NCBI GenBank assembly: GCA_965215265.1
Contig: OZ244048.1
Coordinates: forward strand, 352,001-416,000
From: Candidatus Poribacteria bacterium
Lineage (GTDB): Bacteria > Poribacteria > WGA-4E > WGA-3G
Direction: 5' to 3'
Length of the DNA: 64,000 nucleotides
The notes under the pieces are model-generated. The model did no database searches and was not told where the DNA came from. It was given only the letters and a program-made list of their open reading frames with translations. Positions 48,850-58,165 of this stretch are shown here, in pieces; positions within the stretch are counted from its first letter, which is position 1; every line of letters begins with the position of its first letter. The translations under genes and the position numbers were made by a program.

Positions 48850-50742
48850 ATGACAAAGCCGGAGGGCATAGAGAAAAAGATGGCGAAAGAGCCCCCGACG
48901 AGATTTGCACAGAACGTCCGCATCGATAAAAAAACGCAATTCCGATCGATCCTCGCTACAGATTGCGGAAGCACAACGACTAAGGCGATTCTGATTGAGA
49001 AACGCGGCGCTGAATATCATCTCATTGTACGCGGCGAAGCACCGACAACCGTTGAGGCACCCGTTGAGGATGTAACAGCCGGCGTTATCAACGCTATCAC
49101 CGAAGTAGAAGAACTCGCCGGACGCAAATTGCTGCAAGATGACAGAATACTCAAACCACAACGCGGCAACGAAGGCGTGGATCTCTACATTTCAACAAGC
49201 AGCGCCGGCGGCGGACTACAGATGATGGTTGCAGGGGTTGTCAGAAACCTCACCGCAGAAAGTGCAGAACGTGCCGCACTCGGAGCAGGCGCAATTGTGA
49301 TGGATGTCATCGCCTCTAACGATAAACGACTGCCACACGAAAAAATCGAGCGCATCCGACACCTGCGACCGGATATGCTACTCCTCTCTGGCGGCGTTGA
49401 TGGCGGGACCACAGCACACGTGGTTGAACTCGCAGAAATCATCGCCGCCGCACGCCCGCAGCCACGATTAGGCATTGCTTATGAACTCCCGCTTATCTAT
49501 GCAGGCAATAAAGACGCGCGCGAACTCATCAAGAAATGCTTGGAAGATGTTATGTCTTTGCAGATAGTAGATAACCTACGGCCCGTCTTAGAACGGGAAG
49601 AACTAATGCCCACACGACATAAGATTCAGGAACAATTCCTTGAACATGTGATGGCACACGCACCGGGCTATAAGAAACTTATCGATTGGACCGATGCACC
49701 CATTATGCCCACACCAGGCGCCGTCGGCGCAATTATCCAGACTGTTTCAGCGAAACTGGATATTGAGGTAGTCGGCGTGGATATTGGGGGGGCTACGACA
49801 GATGTGTTTTCAGTGTTCAAAAACCGAGAAGCAGAACCTATTTTCAACAGAACCGTCAGTGCAAACCTCGGCATGAGTTATAGTATCTCCAACGTCCTGG
49901 CTGAGACAGGTTTAGAGAACGTCTTGCGGTGGGTGCCTTTTGACATAGACATCGGGGCACTGCGGAACCGGGTGAAAAACAAAATGGTCCGCCCCACAAC
50001 CATCCCACAGACACTTGAAGCACTGATACTGGAACACGCAATTGCACGCGAAGCACTCCGCTTAGCTTTTGAACAACACAAACAACTCGCCGTTGAATTG
50101 CGAGGCATCCAGCAACAGCGCACGATTTCTGAAGCATTCGACCAGACAGAAAGCGGACAGTCTCTCGTGAATATGCTCAGCTTGGATATGCTTGTCGGAA
50201 GCGGCGGGGTACTCTCTCACGCACCACGGCGACAGCAAGCGATGCTGATGATGATCGACGCGTTCCAACCGGAGGGGCTCACACATCTCGCTGTCGATAG
50301 TATCTTCATGATGCCGCAACTCGGGGCACTCGCACAAATCAGTCCAGAAGCAGCCACACAGATTTTTGAACGCGATTGTCTCATTCACTTAGGCACCTGT
50401 ATTGCCCCTATAGGCGTTGGAAAACAAGGCGATGCGTGCATCACCATGCAACTTCACATCGATGGGAAGCCACCACTGACCGAAGCACTCTACTTTGGTG
50501 AACTCCGACTGTATCCGCTTGCACTCGGAGAAAAAGCAACCGTGAAACTCCAACCTGCGCGACGGTTCGATATCGGCTCGGGACGTGGGCAAGACGTTGA
50601 GGCAGAAGTCATGGGAGGGGTCGTCGGCTTGGTTGTTGATACACGCGGCAGACCGCTTGAAATTCCTGCTGAGGCTGCCCAGCGTGTGGCGCAGTTTAAA
50701 AAGTGGCATAGCGCACTGGATGTATATCCTGCTGAACAATAG
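48850..50742 (+). CDS. GlmL/MutL-type methylaspartate-mutase accessory ATPase family protein
   Basis: TDCGSTTTK, TSSAGGGL, LLSGGVDGG, MPTPGAV, VDIGGATTDVFS, RTVSANLGM, DTRGRP. Confidence 0.85.
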   Translation: MTKPEGIEKKMAKEPPTRFAQNVRIDKKTQFRSILATDCGSTTTKAILIEKRGAEYHLIVRGEAPTTVEAPVEDVTAGVINAITEVEELAGRKLLQDDRILKPQRGNEGVDLYISTSSAGGGLQMMVAGVVRNLTAESAERAALGAGAIVMDVIASNDKRLPHEKIERIRHLRPDMLLLSGGVDGGTTAHVVELAEIIAAARPQPRLGIAYELPLIYAGNKDARELIKKCLEDVMSLQIVDNLRPVLEREELMPTRHKIQEQFLEHVMAHAPGYKKLIDWTDAPIMPTPGAVGAIIQTVSAKLDIEVVGVDIGGATTDVFSVFKNREAEPIFNRTVSANLGMSYSISNVLAETGLENVLRWVPFDIDIGALRNRVKNKMVRPTTIPQTLEALILEHAIAREALRLAFEQHKQLAVELRGIQQQRTISEAFDQTESGQSLVNMLSLDMLVGSGGVLSHAPRRQQAMLMMIDAFQPEGLTHLAVDSIFMMPQLGALAQISPEAATQIFERDCLIHLGTCIAPIGVGKQGDACITMQLHIDGKPPLTEALYFGELRLYPLALGEKATVKLQPARRFDIGSGRGQDVEAEVMGGVVGLVVDTRGRPLEIPAEAAQRVAQFKKWHSALDVYPAEQ

Positions 50743-50879
50743 GAGAATGCGCAAGGTTGCTTAGCGTATCGAGCTCAGCGTCAAACGCTTCATATCAAAG
50801 ACACGCGCGATATAGTTTAACGTGTTGCTGCCCAAAACGTTCACGGTAGCAATCGTGCGTGAAAAGAGAGACGCAAAAA

Positions 50880-52142
50880 TTACCGTTCCCCGAGCGTCAC
50901 AACATAATTTCGCTCATGCCCGTTCCGGGAAATTTTGAGGTCTATCCGCGTATTCGGCTTGGTGCCCGTCACACATCGCAACAGTTCAGGGTAGGTCCGC
51001 ATGGGCGTGTTATCAAATTCAAGAATAACGTCCCGCGGTAAAAGGCCTATACGGTGTGCCGGGCTATCTTTATGCACCTTTGTGATAATGCACCCTAATT
51101 CCCCAGATGTAATTTCGACATCGACCCCGAGCCAGCCACGTGCAACCCTGCCGTGTGTTATTATCTCTTTCGCAGTCATTGTGACGGTTTCAATCGGAAT
51201 CGCAAACGTGATTTCTTGATGAACCCATCTTTGCGATAACGGTGCAATGCGAAACTCAGTAACTTCCGGTAATCTTGTGTAAACATCCGTCGTGCTGGGT
51301 TCCGCGAGGACAGCAAGTATCATTCCGATAGTTTCCCCAGCAGTATTCACAATTGCCCCCCCACTGTTGCCGGGTGTAACCGGGGCATTGATTTTAATCA
51401 AATTCGTGCAGAGGTGGTTGGGTAAGGTATCCCACCCGCTGACAATCCCGAAGGAGATCATAGGACTGTTCCCGTAGGAATTCCCTACCGTAACAACCCA
51501 TGAACCGGTGTCAATTTTAGTGGAATCGCCCTGACGCATCCGCAGAGCAGGCCCGATCTTATCCCTTGGCACCTGAAGGACAGCAATATCAGTCAGACTA
51601 TCCTCGCCTATCAGTTTGGCGGACGAAGATTTGCCATTATTGAAGATGACCTGGATTGTTTGCACATCTTTATCAAAGGTAGTTGTTGCAATGTACCCAT
51701 CTGTGTCAATTATAATACCTGACCCAATACTCTGGCTGGTCATCAACATCTTCTGCTGAGTGGTAGGCAATTGGACATGTCGCTGTTGCGTCACGACGAC
51801 TTTAACAACCGCCGTACGTGCGGACGTGACAACTTTCTGAAATTCTTTTTCAAGCACCTGTAGGGCGCTCTCTTGGGCAATGGATGACGCAGCTGGAGAT
51901 AAAAGCATGCTCACCAGTGCAGTTAGCAACAAGCCCGCTTTAGATTTAGCAATAACGGGCCAATTCTTCTCGTAAAGTAGATGCACTGTCTGTTTTTTGT
52001 TGGATTCGACGAAAACGGGCATTGCCGAAACGCCTAGTATGTAGAAAACTACGAAATTCATGACACGATGATAAACCATTCGTACTGAATTGGACAAAAC
52101 TTTAACAACCGGGATTAGAAAATTCAAATTATCAGGATGCAT
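50880..52142 (-). CDS. HtrA/DegP-like trypsin-PDZ protein, catalytic His apparently absent
   Basis: GSGIII...DGYIATTTF, DIAVL, PGNSGG, RGWLGV PDZ. Confidence 0.85.
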   Translation of the reverse strand: MHPDNLNFLIPVVKVLSNSVRMVYHRVMNFVVFYILGVSAMPVFVESNKKQTVHLLYEKNWPVIAKSKAGLLLTALVSMLLSPAASSIAQESALQVLEKEFQKVVTSARTAVVKVVVTQQRHVQLPTTQQKMLMTSQSIGSGIIIDTDGYIATTTFDKDVQTIQVIFNNGKSSSAKLIGEDSLTDIAVLQVPRDKIGPALRMRQGDSTKIDTGSWVVTVGNSYGNSPMISFGIVSGWDTLPNHLCTNLIKINAPVTPGNSGGAIVNTAGETIGMILAVLAEPSTTDVYTRLPEVTEFRIAPLSQRWVHQEITFAIPIETVTMTAKEIITHGRVARGWLGVDVEITSGELGCIITKVHKDSPAHRIGLLPRDVILEFDNTPMRTYPELLRCVTGTKPNTRIDLKISRNGHERNYVVTLGER

Positions 52143-52197
52143 CCGTTTATCCTCTGCAGCGCAATCGCTCGCACGCCTCCGATACTAACTAAACGGA

Positions 52198-52767
52198 TTA
52201 TAAGCCGCCTGCAGTCGGTAGACTCGCATAATTAACACGCTTTAAGATGTAATGTTGTTGCATCGGTTCTGTTGACATCGACCCAGAGATACTCGTGCCA
52301 CTAAAACTGCGTGGAATGGGCGGAAACGGCAGCCGGATCGGTTCAATCGATTGTTGGACTTCTTCGTCGCTCTGATCGATTTGGACTACCGGTGAATTTT
52401 GTGTCCAATCCAACACATCCTTTTGATAAAGGTAAGTGCCAACTGCAGCCAAAATTAACAACGTGATGCCACTGAATGCCCAGCGCGGACGGCCGCATGC
52501 AGATAACAACCGCTTCCAGAGCGGCACTGTTTCCTGACGCAGCACGTGCTCACGCGCGAGCTGTTGATGCAGTGTCAATTCAAAGCGCGCGGACGGGGTA
52601 ACCTGCGGCAATTCTTGTGTCGCTTTTACGGATTTTTCAAACACGGTATACTCATGCTCACACCTCTCACATTCGCTGAGGTGAAACTCAAAACCTTTTA
52701 GCGTTTGATAATCCAGTTCATCTTCAAAATAGGCGGAGAAGTGTTCTTCAGCCTGTAAGCAGTTCAT
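52198..52767 (-). CDS. Zinc-finger (zf-HC2) transmembrane anti-sigma factor
   Basis: MNC...HLSECERC (HxxxCxxC) and one TM helix. Confidence 0.88.
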   Translation of the reverse strand: MNCLQAEEHFSAYFEDELDYQTLKGFEFHLSECERCEHEYTVFEKSVKATQELPQVTPSARFELTLHQQLAREHVLRQETVPLWKRLLSACGRPRWAFSGITLLILAAVGTYLYQKDVLDWTQNSPVVQIDQSDEEVQQSIEPIRLPFPPIPRSFSGTSISGSMSTEPMQQHYILKRVNYASLPTAGGL

Positions 52768-53369
52768 AGTGGCTCCATTAAGGGTTTTAATTTATCCTTT
52801 AGCATCAGCCGCGCACGACTGATGCGGGATTTCGTCGTGCCGTTCCGCAGTTCTAGTGCATTGCTAATTTCCTCGTAACTCAGGCCCTGAAGGTCGCGGA
52901 GAACAAGCGGGAGTCTATATTGCTCCGGCAGCTCCGCAATCGCTTTTCGGACAGCATTCCGGAGCTCTTTCCGTTCCAGTTGAACCTCCGGTTGATACGA
53001 GGTATCTGCCGGGGCACTTGCGATGATGTCCATCTCCATGTCCGAATCCGCAGCGTCTCTGTTGTCTATTATGTTATCTACCCAATAGCGGCTCCGACGC
53101 CCACGATTCCGAAGCTCATTTTTGCACAGATTTGAGGCGATATGGTACATCCACGTTTTGAATCGGGCCCTCCCCGTTTTGTAACGCGGGGCGGCTTTAA
53201 AAATGCGAATGAACGTCTCTTGAGCCAAATCTTCCGCGCTCTCTTTATCACCCAAGAATTGCGCGATAAAATTAATCAGCGGCTGCTGATGTCGACGCAC
53301 CAACAGCGTAAACGCATTCTCATCGCCTTTCTGAAAACGTTCCATTAATTCATCGTCTAATTCAGACAT
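52764..53369 (-). CDS. ECF sigma factor (RpoE/SigW-like)
   Basis: AEDLAQETFI, FKTWMY.IA.N, LSYEEI...GT.KSRISRAR. Confidence 0.93.
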   Translation of the reverse strand: MSELDDELMERFQKGDENAFTLLVRRHQQPLINFIAQFLGDKESAEDLAQETFIRIFKAAPRYKTGRARFKTWMYHIASNLCKNELRNRGRRSRYWVDNIIDNRDAADSDMEMDIIASAPADTSYQPEVQLERKELRNAVRKAIAELPEQYRLPLVLRDLQGLSYEEISNALELRNGTTKSRISRARLMLKDKLKPLMEPL

Positions 53370-53397
53370 CAGATCCTCCGGACAGGCTTATCTATAA

Positions 53398-53425
53398 TAT
53401 ACACCTAAATACCGATTTGGTTGCA
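53398..53425 (-). promoter_or_regulatory. Candidate autoregulatory ECF promoter
   Basis: Minus strand TGCAAC-N16-TGTATA just upstream of the sigma gene. Confidence 0.55.
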
Positions 53426-53455
53426 CTTTTTTTTGCCAAGCGTTTTTTGAAAGCC

Positions 53456-53484
53456 TTGACTCCAAAACGATTGTCGTGTATGAT
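53456..53484 (+). promoter_or_regulatory. Sigma-70 promoter
   Basis: TTGACT-N17-TATGAT. Confidence 0.6.
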
Positions 53485-53629
53485 GAAACATGCTTGTCTA
53501 AAAAAAATGGACATCTTACACGCTCATTCTAAGGAACATGGTGTCTCACTAAGCGGACATGAACACTAACGGAAATTTTATCATATCTTATTACAGATTG
53601 TCAAATGCATAATAACATTGGAGGAACAC

Positions 53630-54232
53630 ATGGCTGATCGAACTCAAGACGAAACGGATAAGCCCCTATTGGATATTTTAAAACAGGTCGAAGGACAATG
53701 CCGGGAAGGGAACATCCCTATGCTGGGCCCGGAGAAGGCAGTATTTATTGCAGACTGCGTTGAAAAGGCACGCCCCTCACTGATTGTTGAATGTGGAACT
53801 GCCATCGGCTACTCCGGACTGTGGATATTACAGCGCCTGAAAGCACTCGGCACCGGACGTTTGATAACGGTTGAGATAGATGCCGACCGGGCCCACCGTG
53901 CACGCGCCACTTTTGAAAAAGCACGCGTGGCAAACCTTGTCGATTCGCGCATCGGGGATGCACAAGAGATACTCAATCATATTCAAGAACCAGTCGATTT
54001 TCTACTCCTTGACAACAACTTCAGCAACTATTTCCCGTGTTTTCGAGCAATTGAATCACGCTTAACCAATCCAGCCACAGTCGTAGCGGATAACGTAGGC
54101 ATCGGTGCTAAGCAGATGGCGGACTACCTGACGCATGTCCGCGACCGGTATGAGTCTGAGACGCACTGGTTTGACATAGACCTACCGTGGGTAAAACAGG
54201 ACGCGATTGAAGTGAGCATCTACCGGCGTTAA
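53630..54232 (+). CDS. Class I SAM-dependent O-methyltransferase
   Basis: VECGTAIGYSG, TVEID, GDA, VVADNV. Confidence 0.9.
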   Translation: MADRTQDETDKPLLDILKQVEGQCREGNIPMLGPEKAVFIADCVEKARPSLIVECGTAIGYSGLWILQRLKALGTGRLITVEIDADRAHRARATFEKARVANLVDSRIGDAQEILNHIQEPVDFLLLDNNFSNYFPCFRAIESRLTNPATVVADNVGIGAKQMADYLTHVRDRYESETHWFDIDLPWVKQDAIEVSIYRR

Positions 54233-54292
54233 TCGCTCAAACGCTCTGTTCCCAACCCACGGCAACTGTTTTTTCTAGGAGGATTTTCTAAT

Positions 54293-57079
54293 ATGGGTTC
54301 ACAAACCATAGGCTTAGCTCAAACTGAAATAGACCACTCCTCTCTTTCTGACGATTTTACGGCCATCGCACGGCTGCCAGCACCCACAGATAACGTCGCG
54401 ATAGCTACCCAACGCTTGGAAGCCGGTACGGAGATGCGCTACAACGGCAAACTGTTTCGCCTATCGCATACCGTCTTAGAAGGGCACCGATTTGCTATCC
54501 AACCGATTGCGGTGCAGGCACCACTACTGTCCTGGGGATTACCCTTTGGCGTTGCTGCGCAGCCCATCGCACCCGGCAATTACGTCTGTAACCAGAAAAT
54601 GATCGATTCTTTGTCGATCCGGAACCTGAATTTCTCGATGCCAGCAGCACCGAATTTTCGTGATATCATGGCACCTTATCTCCTCAATGAGGCTGAATTC
54701 TGCCTCGGAGAACAGGTCGCCCGCTACGAACAGGAACGTCATTTTCTAGGATACCAGCGGCCAGGAAGACGAGGAGTCGGGACGAGAAACTACATCGTTG
54801 TCATGGGGACAACCGCTCGCACGGCCGGTTTTGTTCGGCAGCTCACGCATCACACTGCAGACATGGCAGAGGCATACCCCAACGTAGACGGCATCGTCGC
54901 TGTAACACACACTGAGGCAGGTGAAAGCAAAACACCGAATAATGTGAACATGTTGCTCCGCACCCTCGCTGGGTTCACCGTGCATCCTAATATCGGCGCG
55001 ATGCTCCTCGTTGATTACGGAACTGAAGCCGTTACAAACAAAATGCTGGCGAATTATATGGCGCAGAACGACTATGCAACCGACGATGTACCCCACCACT
55101 TTTTTCAGATACAGGACGGTTTTGAGGCGAGCTTGACACGCAGCAGCGAGATTCTCAACCGATGGCTTGACAGTGTTAACGCCGTCCAACGGACCGAACA
55201 ATCTTTGGAACATCTCAAAATTGCGCTGCAGTGCGGCGGCTCTGACGCATTCTCCGGCATCTCTGGAAATCCACTCGCCGCTTACGTTGCCAAAGAGGTC
55301 ATACGTTACGGCGGATGCGCAAACCTCGCAGAAACGGATGAACTTATCGGCGCAGAGGCATACATACTGCAGAACACCAAGGATCTTCCTACAGCACGCA
55401 AATTCCTTGATACCATTGAAACTTTCAAGCAACGCGCAGCGTGGCATGGGCATTCCGCAGAAGCGAACCCTTCCGGCGGTAACAATTTCCGCGGACTCTA
55501 TAACATTGCTATTAAATCAATTGGGGCCGCAATGAAACGGCACCCTGATGTCTGCCTTGACTATGTCATCAATTACAGTGAACTGATGCAGAAGCCAGGA
55601 TACTATTTCATGGATAGCCCCGGGAACGACTTAGAGAGTATTGCCGGACAGGTCGCCTCTGGCTCTAACATGATTTTCTTTGTGACGGGCAACGGCTCAA
55701 TTACCAACTTCCCCTTCGTGCCAACAATTAAAATTGTTACAACCAGCAACCGGTACCAGATGTTATCCGCTGACATGGATGTCAACGCAGGGGCTTATCT
55801 TGATGGCACACCGATGCCCGAACTCGGGGAAGAGATGCTCAACCTCACCGTGGATGTCGCATCCGGGCAGCGCTCTGTCGGAGAAAAAGCTGGGCATTCA
55901 CAAGTCTCACTCTGGCGGGATTGGAAGCAGACCGGGCCAATAGATTTAACCGCAGCTCTCGCTGAATCGGAATTAAAGCCCGGTGCACCACTCGCACGCG
56001 ACGCATTGGCTACCTTGAAAACACACGGCACCTCGGCGCACTCAGCATTCGATACCTTAACTTTCCGCGCATTCCGAACCCAGGACGGATATCGTAGCAA
56101 CCAATTCGGGTTAATTTTGCCGACGAGTCTTTGCTCCGGACAAATTGCACAGATGATTGCACAACGTTGCAACGAGCAGCGCATCGGCAAAAAGAGAGGA
56201 ATCTCTCAATTTGTAGCACTTCCGCACACAGAAGGCTGTGGTGTCTCAAGTGGACGCTCGGAAGAAATTTATACCCGCACGATGATTGGACATCTCACGC
56301 ATCCATCAGTCGCACGTGCTCTCCTCCTTGAGCACGGTTGTGAGAAAACTCACAACGATCATCTGCGTTATCAGATCCAGCAATTGGGTATCGCACCAGA
56401 ACGTTACGGTTGGGCAAGTGTGCAATTAGATGGCGGCATTGACGCTGTTATAACGAAAGCACAAAATTGGTTTGTGAACGCGCTCGCGCAGCAACCTACG
56501 CAGCGCCTCGTTGACACAGGTTTCGAGCACCTCTCCATCGGTTTGATGTCAACCGGACCAGCAACAGATAAAGTCGCACACGGTTTGATGACATTAACGG
56601 ATGCCATAGTCCAACTCGGAGGAACCGTTGTCATACCAGCCAATGCAACGTTTCTCACAAAGCAGACACCTCTTAACACGTATCCCTTGCAAAATACATT
56701 AGCGTACGGACAACGCATAGGTACAGGCAAATCTGGTGAGCCCGTAGTCAACAGTGCCGGTCTACACATCATGGAAACGCCGACCGACCAGCCCACAGAA
56801 ACATTGACAGGCCTAAGCGCGACAGGAATTGCGCTCGCACTGGCACATGTGGCAGGTTCACCTCTGCAATCACATCAGTTAGTGCCCTTGATTCAGGGGA
56901 GCACCGATGCAGAGACACTAGAAAACCACGGCGATGACCTGGACATTGTAACCTGCGATGTGGAGAGCATGCTCGCACGCATCGGAGACGTGGCTTCGCG
57001 CCGGTACATTCCGAAACTGCACGGCATAGGGAATACGGATTTTCAGTTGACGCGAGGGTTGCTTGGCATTTCAATGTAA
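54293..57079 (+). CDS. UxaA/GarD-family dehydratase (SAF domain, catalytic domains and a second partial copy)
   Basis: DNVAIA, GVGTRNY, QCGGSDAFSG, NPSGGN, FVTGNG; second LPTSLCS...PHTEGCG...GCEK unit. Confidence 0.88.
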   Translation: MGSQTIGLAQTEIDHSSLSDDFTAIARLPAPTDNVAIATQRLEAGTEMRYNGKLFRLSHTVLEGHRFAIQPIAVQAPLLSWGLPFGVAAQPIAPGNYVCNQKMIDSLSIRNLNFSMPAAPNFRDIMAPYLLNEAEFCLGEQVARYEQERHFLGYQRPGRRGVGTRNYIVVMGTTARTAGFVRQLTHHTADMAEAYPNVDGIVAVTHTEAGESKTPNNVNMLLRTLAGFTVHPNIGAMLLVDYGTEAVTNKMLANYMAQNDYATDDVPHHFFQIQDGFEASLTRSSEILNRWLDSVNAVQRTEQSLEHLKIALQCGGSDAFSGISGNPLAAYVAKEVIRYGGCANLAETDELIGAEAYILQNTKDLPTARKFLDTIETFKQRAAWHGHSAEANPSGGNNFRGLYNIAIKSIGAAMKRHPDVCLDYVINYSELMQKPGYYFMDSPGNDLESIAGQVASGSNMIFFVTGNGSITNFPFVPTIKIVTTSNRYQMLSADMDVNAGAYLDGTPMPELGEEMLNLTVDVASGQRSVGEKAGHSQVSLWRDWKQTGPIDLTAALAESELKPGAPLARDALATLKTHGTSAHSAFDTLTFRAFRTQDGYRSNQFGLILPTSLCSGQIAQMIAQRCNEQRIGKKRGISQFVALPHTEGCGVSSGRSEEIYTRTMIGHLTHPSVARALLLEHGCEKTHNDHLRYQIQQLGIAPERYGWASVQLDGGIDAVITKAQNWFVNALAQQPTQRLVDTGFEHLSIGLMSTGPATDKVAHGLMTLTDAIVQLGGTVVIPANATFLTKQTPLNTYPLQNTLAYGQRIGTGKSGEPVVNSAGLHIMETPTDQPTETLTGLSATGIALALAHVAGSPLQSHQLVPLIQGSTDAETLENHGDDLDIVTCDVESMLARIGDVASRRYIPKLHGIGNTDFQLTRGLLGISM

Positions 57080-57115
57080 TTGCAATTCATTATAATTATT
57101 CCATCGACTTTTTTG

Positions 57116-57144
57116 TTGATATATTTAAATCTTTTTTGTAAAAT
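57116..57144 (+). promoter_or_regulatory. Sigma-70 promoter followed by a ~165-nt leader
   Basis: TTGATA-N17-TAAAAT. Confidence 0.6.
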
Positions 57145-57313
57145 AATGTACAGAACCGAAGCGCGGGTCGTAACGGCGACATTTGAAAATTATCCGTTCT
57201 AAAGAGAGCGACTCGCACAAATTTAGTCAAATCACCGACGAATGGTTTAAGAACATTCAACGGTGTAGAGACTGAAAGCGTATTGCTTTCCTTACATATG
57301 AGGAGGTTTACTC

Positions 57314-58102
57314 ATGCGTTCAATAATGTATCTGTTTACTATTACGCTGCTTTTGATAGGTGGCGTACTTTCCACGCATGCCCTTGTTGAAGATGACGGC
57401 TTAATCCTTTACTTCAGTTTTGATGAGGAAAAGGGCGGGACCGTTAAAGATGAAACCGGTGGCGGAAATGATGGCGTGCTCGACAATGCTGAAATTACCA
57501 CTAAAGAGGTCGTACACGGGACAGGCGCGTTAGCATGCGAAGATGCCGGCGCGAGTGTGATAGTTGAATCCTTCAAAGAATTAGAAGACTATCAGGATAA
57601 TAGCTTCCTATTTTGGGTCCAGTTCATTGAGAAAAACTCCGGTTCATGGAACCAAATCATCGCGAAAAAAGCGCCCGGCTCTGACCGATCCCCCGGTATA
57701 TGGACCTGTAACCGTGTGCCCTTGCACATCCACTACCGGTTCAATCCCGGAAATCAAGGGACGCATTGCACGGGACCCGGTGGCGAAGGCGACGAATTTG
57801 ACACCGGTAAATGGTATCACCTTGCAGGTGTGAAACAAGATGCTCAACTGAAGTTTTACATTGATGGGGAAGAAATTGAGGAACAAGGCGTTCCGAAAGA
57901 TCACGCACAAGGGGAAGAGAGTCTCTATATCGGTAAAACCGGTTACGGCTCTGCTATTTTCTACCTCGACGATCTTTATGTTTACGACAGAGCACTCAGT
58001 GCAGATGAAGTTGTAGAGGTCATGGAAGGGAATCTTCTGCCTGTTGAACCTAAGAACAAACTCGCAGCTACGTGGGGACAACTCAAAACGCATCGTGACT
58101 AA
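57314..58102 (+). CDS. Secreted LamG-like protein with conserved C-terminal tail
   Basis: Signal peptide; LILYFSFDE, KWYHLAGV, LDDLYVYDRALS; tail PVEPKNKLAATWGQLK. Confidence 0.9.
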   Translation: MRSIMYLFTITLLLIGGVLSTHALVEDDGLILYFSFDEEKGGTVKDETGGGNDGVLDNAEITTKEVVHGTGALACEDAGASVIVESFKELEDYQDNSFLFWVQFIEKNSGSWNQIIAKKAPGSDRSPGIWTCNRVPLHIHYRFNPGNQGTHCTGPGGEGDEFDTGKWYHLAGVKQDAQLKFYIDGEEIEEQGVPKDHAQGEESLYIGKTGYGSAIFYLDDLYVYDRALSADEVVEVMEGNLLPVEPKNKLAATWGQLKTHRD

Positions 58103-58121
58103 TTTTCCACCCTGAAATGTT

Positions 58122-58150
58122 GGGACAGCCTTCGGGCTGTCCCGAATTTA
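58122..58150 (+). terminator. Intrinsic terminator-like hairpin
   Basis: GGGACAGCC-TTCG-GGCTGTCCC: 9-bp stem with cUUCGg loop. Confidence 0.75.
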
Positions 58151-58165
58151 TCTCCCCTTCTACTC

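Noticed and set aside
54746-55453. Long antisense ORFs (for example 54746-55453, 5130-5879, 13270-13860)
   Set aside because: They lie opposite well-supported genes and lack motifs, so they are treated as shadow ORFs.
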